From: Nitrospirae bacterium CG2_30_53_67
Lineage (GTDB): Bacteria; CG2-30-53-67
NCBI GenBank assembly: GCA_001873285.1
Contig: MNYV01000125.1
Coordinates: forward strand, 1-35,298
Direction of reading: 5' to 3'
Length of the DNA stretch: 35,298 nucleotides
Under the pieces are notes generated by a model. It saw only the letters and a program-made list of their open reading frames with translations. It was not told the DNA's origin and did no database searches. How positions within the stretch are numbered: position 1 is the first letter of the stretch; the number at the start of each line of letters is the position of its first letter. A program made the translations under genes and the position numbers. This document shows, in pieces, positions 17,578-31,126 of the stretch.

Positions 17578-19122
17578 TTAAAGAATAAGGCTTTTCCCGG
17601 TCATCTCCGCAGGCTGTGAAAGCGAAAGGAGGTTGAGCAGGGTCGGGGCGACATCGGCAAGAATCCCCTTCCCGCGAAGCCGCACACCTTTCTTCGTCAG
17701 GATCAACGGGACCGGATTCGTGGTATGCGCGGTAAACGGCTCTCCTGTATCCGGATTCTTCATCATCTCGCAATTGCCATGATCGGATGTGATCAGGAGC
17801 GCCCCGTTTTTTTTCTTCTGCAGGGTCTGATAAATTCTGCCGATGCATCTATCCACGGCCTCAACCCCCTTGACGGCCGCCTCATAGACGCCGGTATGCC
17901 CAACCATATCTCCGTTGGCAAAATTTAAGATCATGACATCAAAAAAGTTCCTTTCAATTTGCCGGATCACCTCATCAGTGACCAGAGGCGCGCTCATTTC
18001 CGGTTTTTTATCGTAGGTCTCCACGTCCCTCGGGGATGGGATCAGGATCCGTTCTTCACCTGAAAAGACTCTTTCTTCTCCTCCGTTGAAAAAGAAGGTG
18101 ACATGGGCGTATTTTTCGGTTTCCGAGATGCGAAGCTGTTTCAAACCCGCATGGCTGATGACCTCGGGAAAGATGTTTTTCAAACCAACCGGAGTAAAGG
18201 CAACGGATAGGGAGAAGGTTTTGTCGTATTCGGTCATGCAGATGTAATCAGAAAGATCCAGCTTTTCCCTGGGGAAGAAGGAAAAATTTTCTTGGGTGAA
18301 CGCCCTGGTGATCTCCCGGGCGCGATCCGCGCGGAAATTGTAAAAGATCACGGCATCGCCGGACCGGACCGTGATCGGGGCTGTTCCATTGTAGGAGATA
18401 CTCAAGGGTTTGACGAACTCATCCGTCTCACCCTTATTGTAGGCTGACTTGACCGCGGTTTCTGCATTCGGATAAGAGGCTTCTCCATGAACCATGGCCC
18501 GATAAGCAAGCGCAATCCGTTCCCACCGGTTGTCACGGTCCATGGCATAAAATCTCCCCATGACGGTCGCGATTTTTCCGACACCTATTCTTTTTTGAAC
18601 ATCCTCCAATTCTTGAATATACTCGATTCCGCTGGTTGGAGGGGTGTCCCGGCCGTCCAGAAATGCATGCACCCAGACCTTTGGAACCCCCTTGTTTTTT
18701 GCCAGATCGAGCAAAGCCCGGAGGTGATGGATATGGCTGTGGACCCCTCCATCGGAAAGGAGGCCCATGAGGTGCAAGGCGCTCCCCTTTCTGCATACCG
18801 CATCCATGGCTTGATTAAAGGCTGGATTTTCAAAAAACTCCCCGCTCTCAATAGATCGGCTGATCCTGACGAGATCCTGATAGACGACCCGCCCGGCCCC
18901 GATATTCTGGTGACCTACCTCGGAGTTCCCCATCTGACCGGGAGGAAGACCGACATCAAGACCTGAGGTCCCCATAAGGGCGGAAGGATATTCCTTGAAT
19001 AAAGAATCAAGCACTGGCGTATGGGCATCGGCAATGGCATTGTATGCTCCTCCCTCCCGATGCCCCCATCCGTCCAAAATCATCAACATAAGCGGCTTGG
19101 GGCGCTTGAATATTTCAGTCAT
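17578..19122 (-). CDS. gpmI: 2,3-bisphosphoglycerate-independent phosphoglycerate mutase
   Basis: [41 protein letters not shown] and DHGN motifs. Confidence 0.98.
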   Translation of the reverse strand: MTEIFKRPKPLMLMILDGWGHREGGAYNAIADAHTPVLDSLFKEYPSALMGTSGLDVGLPPGQMGNSEVGHQNIGAGRVVYQDLVRISRSIESGEFFENPAFNQAMDAVCRKGSALHLMGLLSDGGVHSHIHHLRALLDLAKNKGVPKVWVHAFLDGRDTPPTSGIEYIQELEDVQKRIGVGKIATVMGRFYAMDRDNRWERIALAYRAMVHGEASYPNAETAVKSAYNKGETDEFVKPLSISYNGTAPITVRSGDAVIFYNFRADRAREITRAFTQENFSFFPREKLDLSDYICMTEYDKTFSLSVAFTPVGLKNIFPEVISHAGLKQLRISETEKYAHVTFFFNGGEERVFSGEERILIPSPRDVETYDKKPEMSAPLVTDEVIRQIERNFFDVMILNFANGDMVGHTGVYEAAVKGVEAVDRCIGRIYQTLQKKKNGALLITSDHGNCEMMKNPDTGEPFTAHTTNPVPLILTKKGVRLRGKGILADVAPTLLNLLSLSQPAEMTGKSLIL

Positions 19123-20455
19123 GATGGACTACGGTGGCCATGCGGGAAGGTGATGCCTCCTTGTCCGCATCGGGCAATTGAATGGTCAGTGTCTGAAGCT
19201 TCCCGCATCTCTTGCAGCATGGCATCCATTGATCCTGCTGATTTCCGCAATGGGTACAGGTATAGGGAACCAGGACCGGCCGGACAAAGTTTACAGACTC
19301 CCTGTATTCCAGGAAGGCTTCTTCAGTTCTTCCCCGTTTATGGTAAATATCCCCCAAAATCTGGCGCAGAATCGGGAAGCGAAGCCCCTGTTGAACGAGA
19401 TTTTCAAAGATATCCAGGGCATCATTGATCATCTCGAGACGATAATAAAATTTCCCGAGCAGGAATCTGAACATGGGATTTTCCGGGTATCGATCCATGG
19501 CCTCCTTGTAAACCAGAATACCGCTGGCAGGATCTTCGAGTCTTCGGTAATGTCCGTCCAGCGCCTCCAAAAAGACCACGGCGCTTGTCTCCTTGAATCC
19601 CCTTTTCCAGATCTTGACGGCTTCTTTCTGGTCACCCTGAGACTCATAGATCTCCCCGAGCTTGAGGTAGGGGGCGGCAAAGGTCCTGTCTGCCTTAATC
19701 AATTCGGAATAGTGTCTGATCAGCCTCTCCGGGTCGTTTTCAGCATGGAAAAGTTCCGCTCTCATGAACTGATAATAGTAAAGCCGCCTCTTCTCTTCGG
19801 AATCTTTCTTAAGATTCAGGTAATCCTTCTGCAGGGCATAGGCTTGATCCCATACCCCTTCCCGCTCGTACAAATCCCGGAGCTTGATAAAGGCCTCCAC
19901 ATTTTGATCATCGATCTTCAGGATCGTCCGGTAGACCTCGGCAGCCTCCGTCATCTGCCCGGACTGCAGATAGTCCTTGGCGAGAGCAAAAAGCACGGAA
20001 AGGTTCTCCGGCTCAATGGTCCGGGCCTTGGCATGAGAGCCGACGGCATCACGGAGATTGCCGTTATCCCGATAGAGTTCGCCGATCCGGAGGAGTGTCT
20101 CTATATGATGCGGATCCCATTCCAGAACTTTTTGAAAATTCTTTAATGCATCTTCTCTTTTTCTGCTGAGAAGATTATCAATCCCCTGGCGATAGAGATC
20201 CATGATTTTTGCTTTCTTTTTGAGCCGTCCCTTTTCCCGCCATTCTGCGAATCCCTTTCGGGCATCCCGGAAGACCACGGCCGTCATCATCAGGAATACA
20301 CCGGCGCCCATGGAGCTGATCATCAAGAGGCTTGTGGATATAGGGAAAACGGTTCCAGGGGTCAGATGCAGCTGAACCGTTTCAGGATTCAGATGAGAAA
20401 GATAGAGCATGACCACCACAAAAAACAATATCCAGAAAAAGATGCGATGGATCAT
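19115..20455 (-). CDS. LPS assembly protein: LapA-like membrane N-terminus fused to LapB-like TPRs and rubredoxin-type Zn site
   Basis: Two N-terminal TM segments around 'LNP..V.L.L'; TPR array; C-terminal CTHCG...W...CKRCG; AAGGAGG RBS before 20455. Confidence 0.8.
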   Translation of the reverse strand: MIHRIFFWILFFVVVMLYLSHLNPETVQLHLTPGTVFPISTSLLMISSMGAGVFLMMTAVVFRDARKGFAEWREKGRLKKKAKIMDLYRQGIDNLLSRKREDALKNFQKVLEWDPHHIETLLRIGELYRDNGNLRDAVGSHAKARTIEPENLSVLFALAKDYLQSGQMTEAAEVYRTILKIDDQNVEAFIKLRDLYEREGVWDQAYALQKDYLNLKKDSEEKRRLYYYQFMRAELFHAENDPERLIRHYSELIKADRTFAAPYLKLGEIYESQGDQKEAVKIWKRGFKETSAVVFLEALDGHYRRLEDPASGILVYKEAMDRYPENPMFRFLLGKFYYRLEMINDALDIFENLVQQGLRFPILRQILGDIYHKRGRTEEAFLEYRESVNFVRPVLVPYTCTHCGNQQDQWMPCCKRCGKLQTLTIQLPDADKEASPSRMATVVHHD

Positions 20456-20568
20456 CTTTCCTCCTTCAAAATTGATATTCATTTTTTATTTTTACTATGT
20501 CATTTTGATTTTTGATTCTTTATCTTTGATCTCATTAGCCGTTCAACCTTTTTACGAAAGAACCCTTA

Positions 20569-21039
20569 TTACCGATGATACCGTTTTCCTCTGAGTATGG
20601 TGAATCCCCTGTAGATCTGTTCAAGCAGGAGCAGCCGTGTGAGTTCATGAGTGAGGGTCATCTTGGAGAGGGATAGAATCCCATCCGAGCGTTTTCGTAT
20701 GGATCCGGAGACCCCTTCCGCGCTCCCTATCACAAAACTGACGCTCCTGACCGGAGCTTTGAGGGCCTCGTCCAAAAAACATGCAAAGGCCTCGGATGTC
20801 ATCCCCTTGCCCAGCCTATCCAGGAGAATCACCCTGTCCCTCGGATTCAGGCGTTTCAGGATCTTCTCCCCCTCCAGATCCAGGGACTTGCTTACATCTT
20901 CTCTGACCCCGGCTTTGACCCCTTTGATCCGGATCTCTTCCAAGGGATTGTAGACCCGAAGCTGCCTGATAAAATGTTCCGCCCCAATGCGGATGTAGTC
21001 GTCTTCGGTCCGTCCGATGGAGATCAGGCGTATCTTCAT
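20569..21039 (-). CDS. rlmH: 23S rRNA (pseudouridine1915-N3)-methyltransferase
   Basis: FVIGSAEG, SLSKMTLTHE..R..L.EQIYR...I..G..YH. Confidence 0.96.
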   Translation of the reverse strand: MKIRLISIGRTEDDYIRIGAEHFIRQLRVYNPLEEIRIKGVKAGVREDVSKSLDLEGEKILKRLNPRDRVILLDRLGKGMTSEAFACFLDEALKAPVRSVSFVIGSAEGVSGSIRKRSDGILSLSKMTLTHELTRLLLLEQIYRGFTILRGKRYHR

Positions 21040-21461
21040 GGCGCGTAGGAACTTAGGATTTGCTCCTGGGTCAGATGCGGAGCATCCCCCCAAAGTCGTT
21101 CCAGCCGGTAATACTGCCTGATTTCTTCCAAGAAGACATGCACCACCGTATCACCGTAATCCATGAGGATCCATCTCCCTTCAGCGGCGCCTTCGACATG
21201 ATCCGGCTCTATCTTCATCCTGGAGAGGGACATCTCGATTTCGTCGGCAATGGCCTTGACCTGCCGGGTTGAGGAGCCGCTGCAAATCACAAAGTAATCC
21301 GCAAAAATGGAGATCCCCGAAAGATCCAGAATCACCAGGTCTTGCGCCTTCTTTTCCAGGCTTGCCTTGATGCAAAGACCTGTCAGTATCCTGCTGTCTA
21401 TTTCCCGCCCTTTAACATCTATAGGTTTTTTAATTTTTCCGGTCTCATAAAGCAGGTTCAA
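21036..21461 (-). CDS. rsfS: Ribosome silencing factor
   Basis: KKAQD, ADYFVICSG, WILMDYGD.VVHVF and YY.LERLW motifs. Confidence 0.96.
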   Translation of the reverse strand: MNLLYETGKIKKPIDVKGREIDSRILTGLCIKASLEKKAQDLVILDLSGISIFADYFVICSGSSTRQVKAIADEIEMSLSRMKIEPDHVEGAAEGRWILMDYGDTVVHVFLEEIRQYYRLERLWGDAPHLTQEQILSSYAP

Positions 21462-22111
21462 AATTTCCTCTTTTCAGCATATAAACCGTTTGAAATTATA
21501 TACGATGCCACAGATTCCGGCAAGAGATATTTGACGGACCGCCCCTCCCGGATCCGGGCACGGATCAGCGTGGACGAAATTCCGATGGGAGTCACGTCTA
21601 ACAGGTAGAGAAAATGGCCATTGGGTAACGGGATCTGCCGGCTTCCCGGCTCGGCCCGGATCCCGAATATGGCCGTGAAGAAACCAAGCGTTTTCTCCAG
21701 GGAAAATCCGGGCCTGGAAATCACAATAAAATTGCACAGCCCGATCAGGCGCTCGGGTTCATGCCAGGTGTTGATCTCTGAAAAAACATCCGCCCCCAGG
21801 ATAAAGAAGAGCTCGGCGTCCTTCCCGTATTCTCTTCGGAAAGATTCCACGGTGTCCACCGAATAAGATAGACCGGGGCGTTGATGCTCAATGACGGACA
21901 GATCAAAATGGGGATTCCCCTCAACAGCGAGCCGGGTCATTTCCAAACGATCTTCTGCATCCATCCGTTCCGGCTCAGACTTGTGGGGCGGCCGGGCCGA
22001 AGGGACAAAGAAAATCCTTTCAAGTGAAAAACCCTCCCGGATCTCCTCCGCCACAATCAGATGTCCCAGGTGAATGGGATTGAATGTCCCGCCGAATATC
22101 CCGATACGCAT
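21458..22111 (-). CDS. nadD: Nicotinate-nucleotide adenylyltransferase
   Basis: GGTFNPIHLGH, PPHK, FILGAD and ISST.IR motifs. Confidence 0.97.
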   Translation of the reverse strand: MRIGIFGGTFNPIHLGHLIVAEEIREGFSLERIFFVPSARPPHKSEPERMDAEDRLEMTRLAVEGNPHFDLSVIEHQRPGLSYSVDTVESFRREYGKDAELFFILGADVFSEINTWHEPERLIGLCNFIVISRPGFSLEKTLGFFTAIFGIRAEPGSRQIPLPNGHFLYLLDVTPIGISSTLIRARIREGRSVKYLLPESVASYIISNGLYAEKRKF

Positions 22112-22154
22112 GGATGATGCCCGCTTGTTTTTTCGATGCCTTTAAAAATATCCT

Positions 22155-23411
22155 TCATTCTCGGATCTGCCCGTCCCCGTAGATGATGAACTTATAGGTG
22201 GTGAGTTCCTCAAGGCCCATGGGGCCTCTGGCATGAAGGCGGTTGGTGCTGATTCCGATCTCCGCACCGAGGCCGAATTCATAGCCGTCGGTAAACCGGG
22301 TCGAGGCATTGACATAAACAGCGGCGGCATCCACCTCCGTAAGGAAGCGCCTTGCCCCGGCATAATCGCTGGTCACGATGGCCTCGGAGTGCTGAGAGCC
22401 GTACTTTGTGATATGCTCGACGGCCTGCTCCAGCGAACTCACCACTCGGACTGATAAAATCAAATCATTATATTCGGTATACCAGTCTTGCTCCTCGGCC
22501 TCCTTGCACCCGGGAATCAACGCACGCGTCTTGGGGCATCCCCGGATTTCAACCCCTGCCTTGAAGAGACGTTTACCGAGACGCGGGAGAAATGAGCCGG
22601 CGATCTCTTCATGAACGAGGAGTGTCTCCATGGCATTGCAGACCCCGGGCCGCTGGCATTTGGCATTAATACAGATCTTCTCGGCCATATCGAAATCCGC
22701 ATAACGGTCCACATAGGTATGACAGACCCCCTTGTCGTGCTTGATGACCGGTATGGCGGAGTTCTCACAGACGGTCCGGATCAACCCTGCTCCCCCTCTT
22801 GGGATGATGAGATCGATATACCGGTCCATTTTCAGAAGATGCATGACCGCTTCCCGGTCAGGAACATCTATAAACTGAATCGCCCCGTCCGGAACACCCG
22901 CATCCCCGGCGGATTCCGCAAGAATCTTGGCGATCGCGGCATTGGAGCGGATGGCCTCGGAGCCCCCCCTGAGGACCACGGCGTTTCCGGCCTTCAGACA
23001 CAGGCTCGCCGCATCCGCCGTGACATTGGGCCTGGATTCGTAGATGATCCCAATGACCCCGATCGGAACACGGACCTTCCCGATCTGAAGATTGTTCGGC
23101 CTTTTCCACATCCGCATCACCTCACCTACCGGATCCGGGAGCGCCGCAACCTCACGCAGCCCCGCGGCCATGGCCTGGATCCTCTGGTCGTTGAGCAGGA
23201 GCCGGTCCATCATGGCCTTGGAAAGTCCTTTGCTTTCTGCGGCCTCCATATCCTTCCGGTTCTCCTCTTTGATGGAGCCCGCCTCGGTTTTTAGGCGTTC
23301 CGCCATCAGGAGCAGGGCCCTGTTCTTGGTCCCTGAATTCAGACTCACAAGCCTCCGGGAGGCTTCCCTGGCTTTTTGAACCTTCTTCTCCACATCTCCC
23401 TGCAGGCTCAT
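22155..23411 (-). CDS. proA: Glutamate-5-semialdehyde dehydrogenase
   Basis: IIYESRPNVT, CNAMETLL, NASTRFTDG, HARGPMGL; start MSLQ at 23411. Confidence 0.97.
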   Translation of the reverse strand: MSLQGDVEKKVQKAREASRRLVSLNSGTKNRALLLMAERLKTEAGSIKEENRKDMEAAESKGLSKAMMDRLLLNDQRIQAMAAGLREVAALPDPVGEVMRMWKRPNNLQIGKVRVPIGVIGIIYESRPNVTADAASLCLKAGNAVVLRGGSEAIRSNAAIAKILAESAGDAGVPDGAIQFIDVPDREAVMHLLKMDRYIDLIIPRGGAGLIRTVCENSAIPVIKHDKGVCHTYVDRYADFDMAEKICINAKCQRPGVCNAMETLLVHEEIAGSFLPRLGKRLFKAGVEIRGCPKTRALIPGCKEAEEQDWYTEYNDLILSVRVVSSLEQAVEHITKYGSQHSEAIVTSDYAGARRFLTEVDAAAVYVNASTRFTDGYEFGLGAEIGISTNRLHARGPMGLEELTTYKFIIYGDGQIRE

Positions 23412-23421
23412 ACCTCTCTCC

Positions 23422-25621
<2,200 letters not shown>

Positions 25622-25725
25622 TCATTTTCAGATGTCTTTAGGGAATCTTGAACATGCCGGGAATATTGAATCACATTCCTAACCCGGTTCTGCATTCGGG
25701 GCTGGCGCTCACTTGTCTTTTTCAC

Positions 25726-25771
25726 AAAAAAGGGGATCTGGTCTACCCTGTTCCGGTAACCCCAATCCCCT
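25726..25771 (-). terminator. Intrinsic terminator downstream of rpmA
   Basis: Minus strand hairpin with arms AGGGGATTGG...TTACC and GGTAGACCAGATCCCCT followed by a U run. Confidence 0.6.
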
Positions 25772-25820
25772 GAGATGTGGATGCTTTAAGTCCTGATGCG
25801 TGGACCAGGAGCGGATTTTG

Positions 25821-26081
25821 TCAGTTAGAAGCAGCGTATATGCTGATCCTTTTCTTGTCTTTGCCTTTTCTTTCAAAGGCAACAATGCCGTCAATCAGGG
25901 CAAACAGGGTATCATCTTTCCCTTTCCCCACATTGATGCCGGGATGGAATTGGGTCCCCCGCTGACGCACCAGTATGTTTCCTGCCCGGACAAGCTGTCC
26001 GCCGAAACGTTTGACTCCCAATCTCTGAGAGTTACTGTCCCTCCCGTTTCTTGAACTTCCTACGCCTTTTTTATGTGCCAC
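25821..26081 (-). CDS. rpmA: 50S ribosomal protein L27
   Basis: [20 protein letters not shown]. Confidence 0.99.
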   Translation of the reverse strand: MAHKKGVGSSRNGRDSNSQRLGVKRFGGQLVRAGNILVRQRGTQFHPGINVGKGKDDTLFALIDGIVAFERKGKDKKRISIYAASN

Positions 26082-26094
26082 GGCCTACTCCCAG

Positions 26095-26406
26095 TTAGGA
26101 TGCAATCTGAACGATCTTTAGCGCGGTAATTTCCTGTCGATGCCCCTGCCTTTTCCGGTACCCTTTTCGTCTTTTCTTCTTGAAGACCACGATCTTTTTC
26201 GCCCGGTCCATGGAAACCACTTCAGCCTTGACACGGACATTCTTAATATACGGCATTCCAAAGGTCGCAGCCTCGGCGCCGCCGAGCATGAGGACACGGT
26301 CGATTTCTATGGTATCACCGACTGAGGCATCGAGCCGCTCCACCTGCACGATATCCCCTTCGGAAACCTTGTACTGTTTTCCACCGGTTTCGATGATCGC
26401 ATACAT
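26095..26406 (-). CDS. rplU: 50S ribosomal protein L21
   Basis: MYAIIETGGKQYKV...KRRKGY....GHRQ. Confidence 0.99.
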   Translation of the reverse strand: MYAIIETGGKQYKVSEGDIVQVERLDASVGDTIEIDRVLMLGGAEAATFGMPYIKNVRVKAEVVSMDRAKKIVVFKKKRRKGYRKRQGHRQEITALKIVQIAS

Positions 26407-26503
26407 AAGATTTGCCCCTCAAACAACGATTTCTTTTTAGAAATTGTAAAAATAACAGAAAAAATATTCCTTTGTCAAGGAATTTCAAAAGGTTTCTAAA
26501 AAG

Positions 26504-27313
26504 TCACGGACTATGAAAGTTAACTCGCTGATATGATTGGCTTCTTTTCAGCACCCTGGCCATATCCGAATGGATCCTTCCATTGCTTGCGAGTACATCC
26601 CCTTTGTAGATGGAAAAAGCCTTCCCGCTGGTCAGGGTGACCTTTGCTCCCGCCTCCTTGAGGATCAGGCTTCCGGCCGCCATGTCCCATGGAGCGAGGG
26701 AGAACTCCCAGAACCCGTCAAATCTCCCCATGGCCGTGTAGCAAAGATCCAGGGATGCCGAGCCGTCCCTCCTCACAGCCTGGGCCTGAAGAACAAACTG
26801 GTTAAAAGGTTGAATGTTCTGCCCGGTCTTTTTCACATCGTAGGGAAATCCGGTTGATAGGAAGGAACCCTCAAGGCCGGCTGTCTTGGACGGGAAGATC
26901 TTCCTGCCGTTTAAATAGGCGCCCTTGCCCTTTCGCGCGGTAAAGAGTTCATCCCGGATCGGATCAAAAACCACGCCGAGGATGATCTCACCATCCGACT
27001 CCAAGGCAATCGATGTAGCAAAAAAGGGATACCTGTGGGCATAGTTGGTTGTCCCATCCAGCGGATCGATGATCCACCGGTAACCCGATGCAGTATGACT
27101 CTCCCCCCCTTCTTCAGCAAGAAATCCATGGCCGGGAAAATGTTCTCGAATCAGAGAGATGATCCGTTTTTCACAGCGATGATCCACATCCGTCACCAGA
27201 TTAGTCGGCTCCCCCTTGTAAACGATATGGTGATTTTTACAAAGATATTTTTTCTGTATCCTGCCGGAGGCCTTGGCTGCCTCTATGGCAACATCCAAAA
27301 AAAGTTTTTTCAT
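26504..27313 (-). CDS. suhB: Inositol monophosphatase family protein
   Basis: NLVT.VD, AEE, WIIDPLDGTTNYA and PWDMAAG motifs. Confidence 0.92.
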   Translation of the reverse strand: MKKLFLDVAIEAAKASGRIQKKYLCKNHHIVYKGEPTNLVTDVDHRCEKRIISLIREHFPGHGFLAEEGGESHTASGYRWIIDPLDGTTNYAHRYPFFATSIALESDGEIILGVVFDPIRDELFTARKGKGAYLNGRKIFPSKTAGLEGSFLSTGFPYDVKKTGQNIQPFNQFVLQAQAVRRDGSASLDLCYTAMGRFDGFWEFSLAPWDMAAGSLILKEAGAKVTLTSGKAFSIYKGDVLASNGRIHSDMARVLKRSQSYQRVNFHSP

Positions 27314-27360
27314 TCTTATCCGCTTTTTGAGGCATGATAACGGCCGCAGCCATCTGCGGA

Positions 27361-27603
27361 TCACGGCTGTCCGGAGCCCCATTCAGGATTTTTCTCCGCA
27401 AGAGTCTCCGACTTGATTCTATCGAAGATTCCAGCAAAATCCGAATGGCGCTTTTCCAGAAATGACTTCAAGGTCTCGATCTCGATCCGCAAGGTATCCA
27501 ATTCGCCGCGGTGGTCCAGTTTCAATTTATCCAATTCTTCCACAAGCACGCTAAGTTCCCTTTCCAGAAGAGAGATCCTTGTTTCAAGCTCTTTTTCTTT
27601 CAT
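27361..27603 (-). CDS. Small coiled-coil hypothetical protein
   Basis: 80-aa heptad-rich ORF with AAGGAGG RBS. Confidence 0.75.
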   Translation of the reverse strand: MKEKELETRISLLERELSVLVEELDKLKLDHRGELDTLRIEIETLKSFLEKRHSDFAGIFDRIKSETLAEKNPEWGSGQP

Positions 27604-27686
27604 GGCCCCCCTCCTTTCTTTTGATTAAGCGTCAAATCTTGTGGATAGAGTATACCACAGGATTCAGGAAGTTGCAGCGATCAGAA

Positions 27687-28922
27687 TCAGAACTCGTAAA
27701 TAAGGATTTTTGTCCCGCCGGCAAAAGGGCGCCATCCATCCCCAAGGATCAGGACCAGATCGTCTTTACCATTGTTATCCACATCTCCCACAGTGAGATC
27801 AAGAATCTTCCCGGATATGGGCTCCGTATCCCAGAATTCCGCCACATGACCATTGGCCAGGATCATATCTGCAACCCTGTTTCTTTTTAAAAGATGACGA
27901 ACCCCCCAGATGTCTGCCAAGGGACGATCAACAATCAGAAGGACCTCGTCCATTCCGTCCTTGTCAAAGTCACCGGAAAGAAATTTTTGAGGAATCCGGA
28001 CCCGTTTTCCCCCGGACTTCCCCTGATCATCGCCCGTATGGACCCGGAATGAAGATTGTTTGATCTCTCCAATGGAGACTCCCTTTGCTGTCTCCTTCAA
28101 ATCCGAAGAAAAGAAGCGGAGTCCTTCCGCATGGCTCAAAGTAACGTATGCGGCTCCGGCCGGATCACCGGTGAGATAACTCTCCGCATTAAAAATGTCC
28201 ACACCCTCAGGGAGCTCCATGGATTCCCCTTTTTTCACGGCGTTTCCATCCCAGAGGTAATGATACGTTTCCTTTTTCACGGAATGGAGGTCCTGCCCGG
28301 CGAGAACCGGACGGCCGTCCTCTCCGTGAAAGACCTTTAGATAAAGACCGGCATCGGCCTTATATAGCTGAAACCCGCCCTTCTCATAGGCGATGATCCC
28401 GGAGACGACCTCGTGGTCCTCTATGCCGGTAAAGAGGATCTCATCCCGGCCGTCTCCGTCAAGATCTTCGGCTGACAGCGATAAATAATGAATCCCCTTG
28501 TTCAGCTTGTTGATGGTTTCCATGGCCCTGCCTGAGTCCTCTCTTGACCAGAGCCGGGAAGAGAAGAACCCCCTTTTGCCTTCCTGGACCGAAGAAAAAA
28601 TCGGATGAAACTCTCCGTACCTCCACTGGACCATACTAAGCCGACGGCCGTCCGTGCCGATCAATTCATTCATCCCGTCCCCGTCTACGTCTCCGATGCT
28701 GGCAGACTCCAGGGAGAAATTCAGTTTTTTCTGCTTCCATATTTTTTTATAGATTTTCTTTTGAACGTAAGTAGGAATGGCTCCGATGTGCGGAGTCTCC
28801 TGCACCTCGGCGCCCTTGGATTCCGACGCAGGCGCCGCGTCTTCAGGGAATGCATTCGGGACCGGAGGCGCCATAAAAAAAAGGATGCAACTCCACAATA
28901 AAAATAAACGCAGTAATTTCAT
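27687..28922 (-). CDS. Exported FG-GAP/VCBS-repeat protein
   Basis: Signal peptide; four (G/E)D(V/L/F)D.(D/N)G..(E/D) repeats; ATGA overlap with the upstream gene. Confidence 0.88.
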   Translation of the reverse strand: MKLLRLFLLWSCILFFMAPPVPNAFPEDAAPASESKGAEVQETPHIGAIPTYVQKKIYKKIWKQKKLNFSLESASIGDVDGDGMNELIGTDGRRLSMVQWRYGEFHPIFSSVQEGKRGFFSSRLWSREDSGRAMETINKLNKGIHYLSLSAEDLDGDGRDEILFTGIEDHEVVSGIIAYEKGGFQLYKADAGLYLKVFHGEDGRPVLAGQDLHSVKKETYHYLWDGNAVKKGESMELPEGVDIFNAESYLTGDPAGAAYVTLSHAEGLRFFSSDLKETAKGVSIGEIKQSSFRVHTGDDQGKSGGKRVRIPQKFLSGDFDKDGMDEVLLIVDRPLADIWGVRHLLKRNRVADMILANGHVAEFWDTEPISGKILDLTVGDVDNNGKDDLVLILGDGWRPFAGGTKILIYEF

Positions 28923-31126
28923 CTAAGCTCCTCTATGACAGGAATCCTTTTGGACTGCAACTCTCGTTCCTCATGATCCGGAATGACACAAAACTCAAGC
29001 CGGATGAGCCGTTCGAAAACCGCGTGGGGAACCAGATGAATATCCCAGCATAAAACCAGGCAGGACCCCTGATAGATCTTTTCAAAACCCTCCTCGGAAA
29101 GGGATACGGTTTCAACCGGGAATCTCCACAAGGAGCAGGGGTGATCCAGGGAGATCTTAACCTGAATCCCTTTCCATTCATCGGTCAGGCAGACGGACTG
29201 AATCCCGTCCGTATCGCCGGCGCTTGCGAGAAAGGATGATTCCGGCTTCTCGTCATTCAGCAGATAATACCGGTCAGCGGCTGATCCGGCCAGAAGGGTC
29301 ATATTCCATTCTATGCCGAATCTCGCCATCAACTCCTGGCCGGAGAGGTTAAGAATTCGATAGCGCACCGTCAACATGGAATCCCCCGCCCGTCCATGAA
29401 CGGTCTTTGCGACCTGAACCTGCTGGGGAGGAGATGCGCCCTCGCAGGCTTGCACCCATCCGGTTCTTTCCAAGGCAACAGAGGCCTCACCAGCGGATTC
29501 TGTCTTCGTCGCGACATAAAGGCCTTGGACGAAATCGCCTCGCTCCATGTGTTTTCCTGACCGGAAGGATTCCATCCCTTCATCCGGCTTCATGAAATGG
29601 TCGACCAGGGATCTTTTTGGATACCGATCATACACAATCCGATCCGCCAGCCCTTCCTCCTTGGAAATAACCCTGTCGTGGATGGATTTTGCTCCTCCCC
29701 CCTTTTGTTCTTCCGTAGGGGCGCTTATGATATCCCGGTGGTAAAACTCGGGAACCCTCGTAAAGGTGTCCTGAAGATTAAAGGACCTGGGCTTGAAGTC
29801 CATCCCCATCAGCGTGCCTCCGAGGTGAGTGTCGAAAATAAGCGTATAACGCTCCGTGTTCATGATAGATTCGTTGATGCCGTCTTTGTCCAGATCACAA
29901 CGGATGATCTTGATCCATCCTTTCTCTCCAGGATGCATAGCCTGGTCGGCGATATATTCCGCACGGATCAGATGTTCATAGATACTGGATCTCAAATGAG
30001 GAAGATAGATCCCCCCGAACACGCCGTGCCAGTAGGCATCATTGCACTGGCCTTTCCATAACTCTTCGAGGGCTTCCGTTCTCTGCTTCCCCTTGAGCAT
30101 GTGATGGATCTTTTCGCTGATGTAGAGCATCTTCTTGTGCATCAAATTGCTCTCGGGATACTTGGAAAAAAAATTGCGCCAGAACCCCCCGCTCAAAAAG
30201 GGACGCGACATGTCTTCCAGCCCATGATCCTTGAGCTTCTGCTTCAGAACTCGGAACTCCTCTGAAGCATCGTAGATGAGGGACCATTCGCCCATCTCCA
30301 TGTAGGAGGATGTTGGAAGATAAATACGGCCCAGCGGCGGATGGGTGTCTATCACCTCGGAGAATAACTTACTCTCGATCCAGCCGCTGTTCTGCTCAAT
30401 GGCCTCAAAAAAACGATGGAGCCACCCCTCTTCGTAGACACTGTGATAGGTTCCCGGCCATGTGCCGAATTTTTCACCGTCATCCCCCATGACGGCAAGG
30501 GGCTTATCGCCGCTATCCAGAATTAACCGCAAGTAGGCCAGGGTCTCCTCCACCGGATGGAAAGGGATCAGATAACGGAGCTTCTCGCTCCCTGGAAAGA
30601 CCTTCAGGATCTTCCCTTTCTCTTCCGTGATGTAATATCCGAAGAGAGCCCTGCCCCTCAGCCCGGCCATGATAAAGTGGTGGTCATCCAGGACGATATA
30701 CTCGGCTCCGGCATTGTAAAGGGCCTCGGCCAGGTGAGGCTCCCAGACGCGCTCTGCAAGCCACATCCCCCGAGCCTCGGTATCGAAGGTTTCACGGATG
30801 AAGGAATTGAGCTTTCGTATCTGCCCCAATTTGTCGGAATCATAGAGGGTGGTCAGAATCGGCTCATAAAAGCCGCCGGACATCATCTCCACGCGGCCGG
30901 ACAACACCAGATCTCTGATCATGGAGGTGAATTCCGGATGGGTCCTTGCGAGCCACTCCAATAAAAACCCTGAATAGTGCAGGGTCACCTTGATACCTTG
31001 GTGCTCCTTCAATGCCAGCAGGAATGGGAGATAGGATTTCCGGTACGCGCTTTCGAGGACATGGGTGAAATTGCCAACCGGCTGATGGTTGTGGATGGCA
31101 AGCAAGAGAATGACTTTGTGATCCAT
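28919..31126 (-). CDS. GH57 alpha-amylase/4-alpha-glucanotransferase (DUF1925/DUF1926)
   Basis: HNHQPVGNF, GMWLAERVW, GDDGEKFG and QCNDAYWHG motifs; CAGGAG RBS before 31126. Confidence 0.94.
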   Translation of the reverse strand: MDHKVILLLAIHNHQPVGNFTHVLESAYRKSYLPFLLALKEHQGIKVTLHYSGFLLEWLARTHPEFTSMIRDLVLSGRVEMMSGGFYEPILTTLYDSDKLGQIRKLNSFIRETFDTEARGMWLAERVWEPHLAEALYNAGAEYIVLDDHHFIMAGLRGRALFGYYITEEKGKILKVFPGSEKLRYLIPFHPVEETLAYLRLILDSGDKPLAVMGDDGEKFGTWPGTYHSVYEEGWLHRFFEAIEQNSGWIESKLFSEVIDTHPPLGRIYLPTSSYMEMGEWSLIYDASEEFRVLKQKLKDHGLEDMSRPFLSGGFWRNFFSKYPESNLMHKKMLYISEKIHHMLKGKQRTEALEELWKGQCNDAYWHGVFGGIYLPHLRSSIYEHLIRAEYIADQAMHPGEKGWIKIIRCDLDKDGINESIMNTERYTLIFDTHLGGTLMGMDFKPRSFNLQDTFTRVPEFYHRDIISAPTEEQKGGGAKSIHDRVISKEEGLADRIVYDRYPKRSLVDHFMKPDEGMESFRSGKHMERGDFVQGLYVATKTESAGEASVALERTGWVQACEGASPPQQVQVAKTVHGRAGDSMLTVRYRILNLSGQELMARFGIEWNMTLLAGSAADRYYLLNDEKPESSFLASAGDTDGIQSVCLTDEWKGIQVKISLDHPCSLWRFPVETVSLSEEGFEKIYQGSCLVLCWDIHLVPHAVFERLIRLEFCVIPDHEERELQSKRIPVIEELR

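Noticed and set aside
17561..17848. Extended N-terminus of comF from the ORF track (likewise the proA, lpxC, rlmH and suhB extensions)
   Set aside because: They overlap neighbouring genes or promoters; downstream starts fit the families and RBS positions better.
19178..20146. 322-aa + strand ORF
   Set aside because: Antisense shadow of the LapA/B-like gene.
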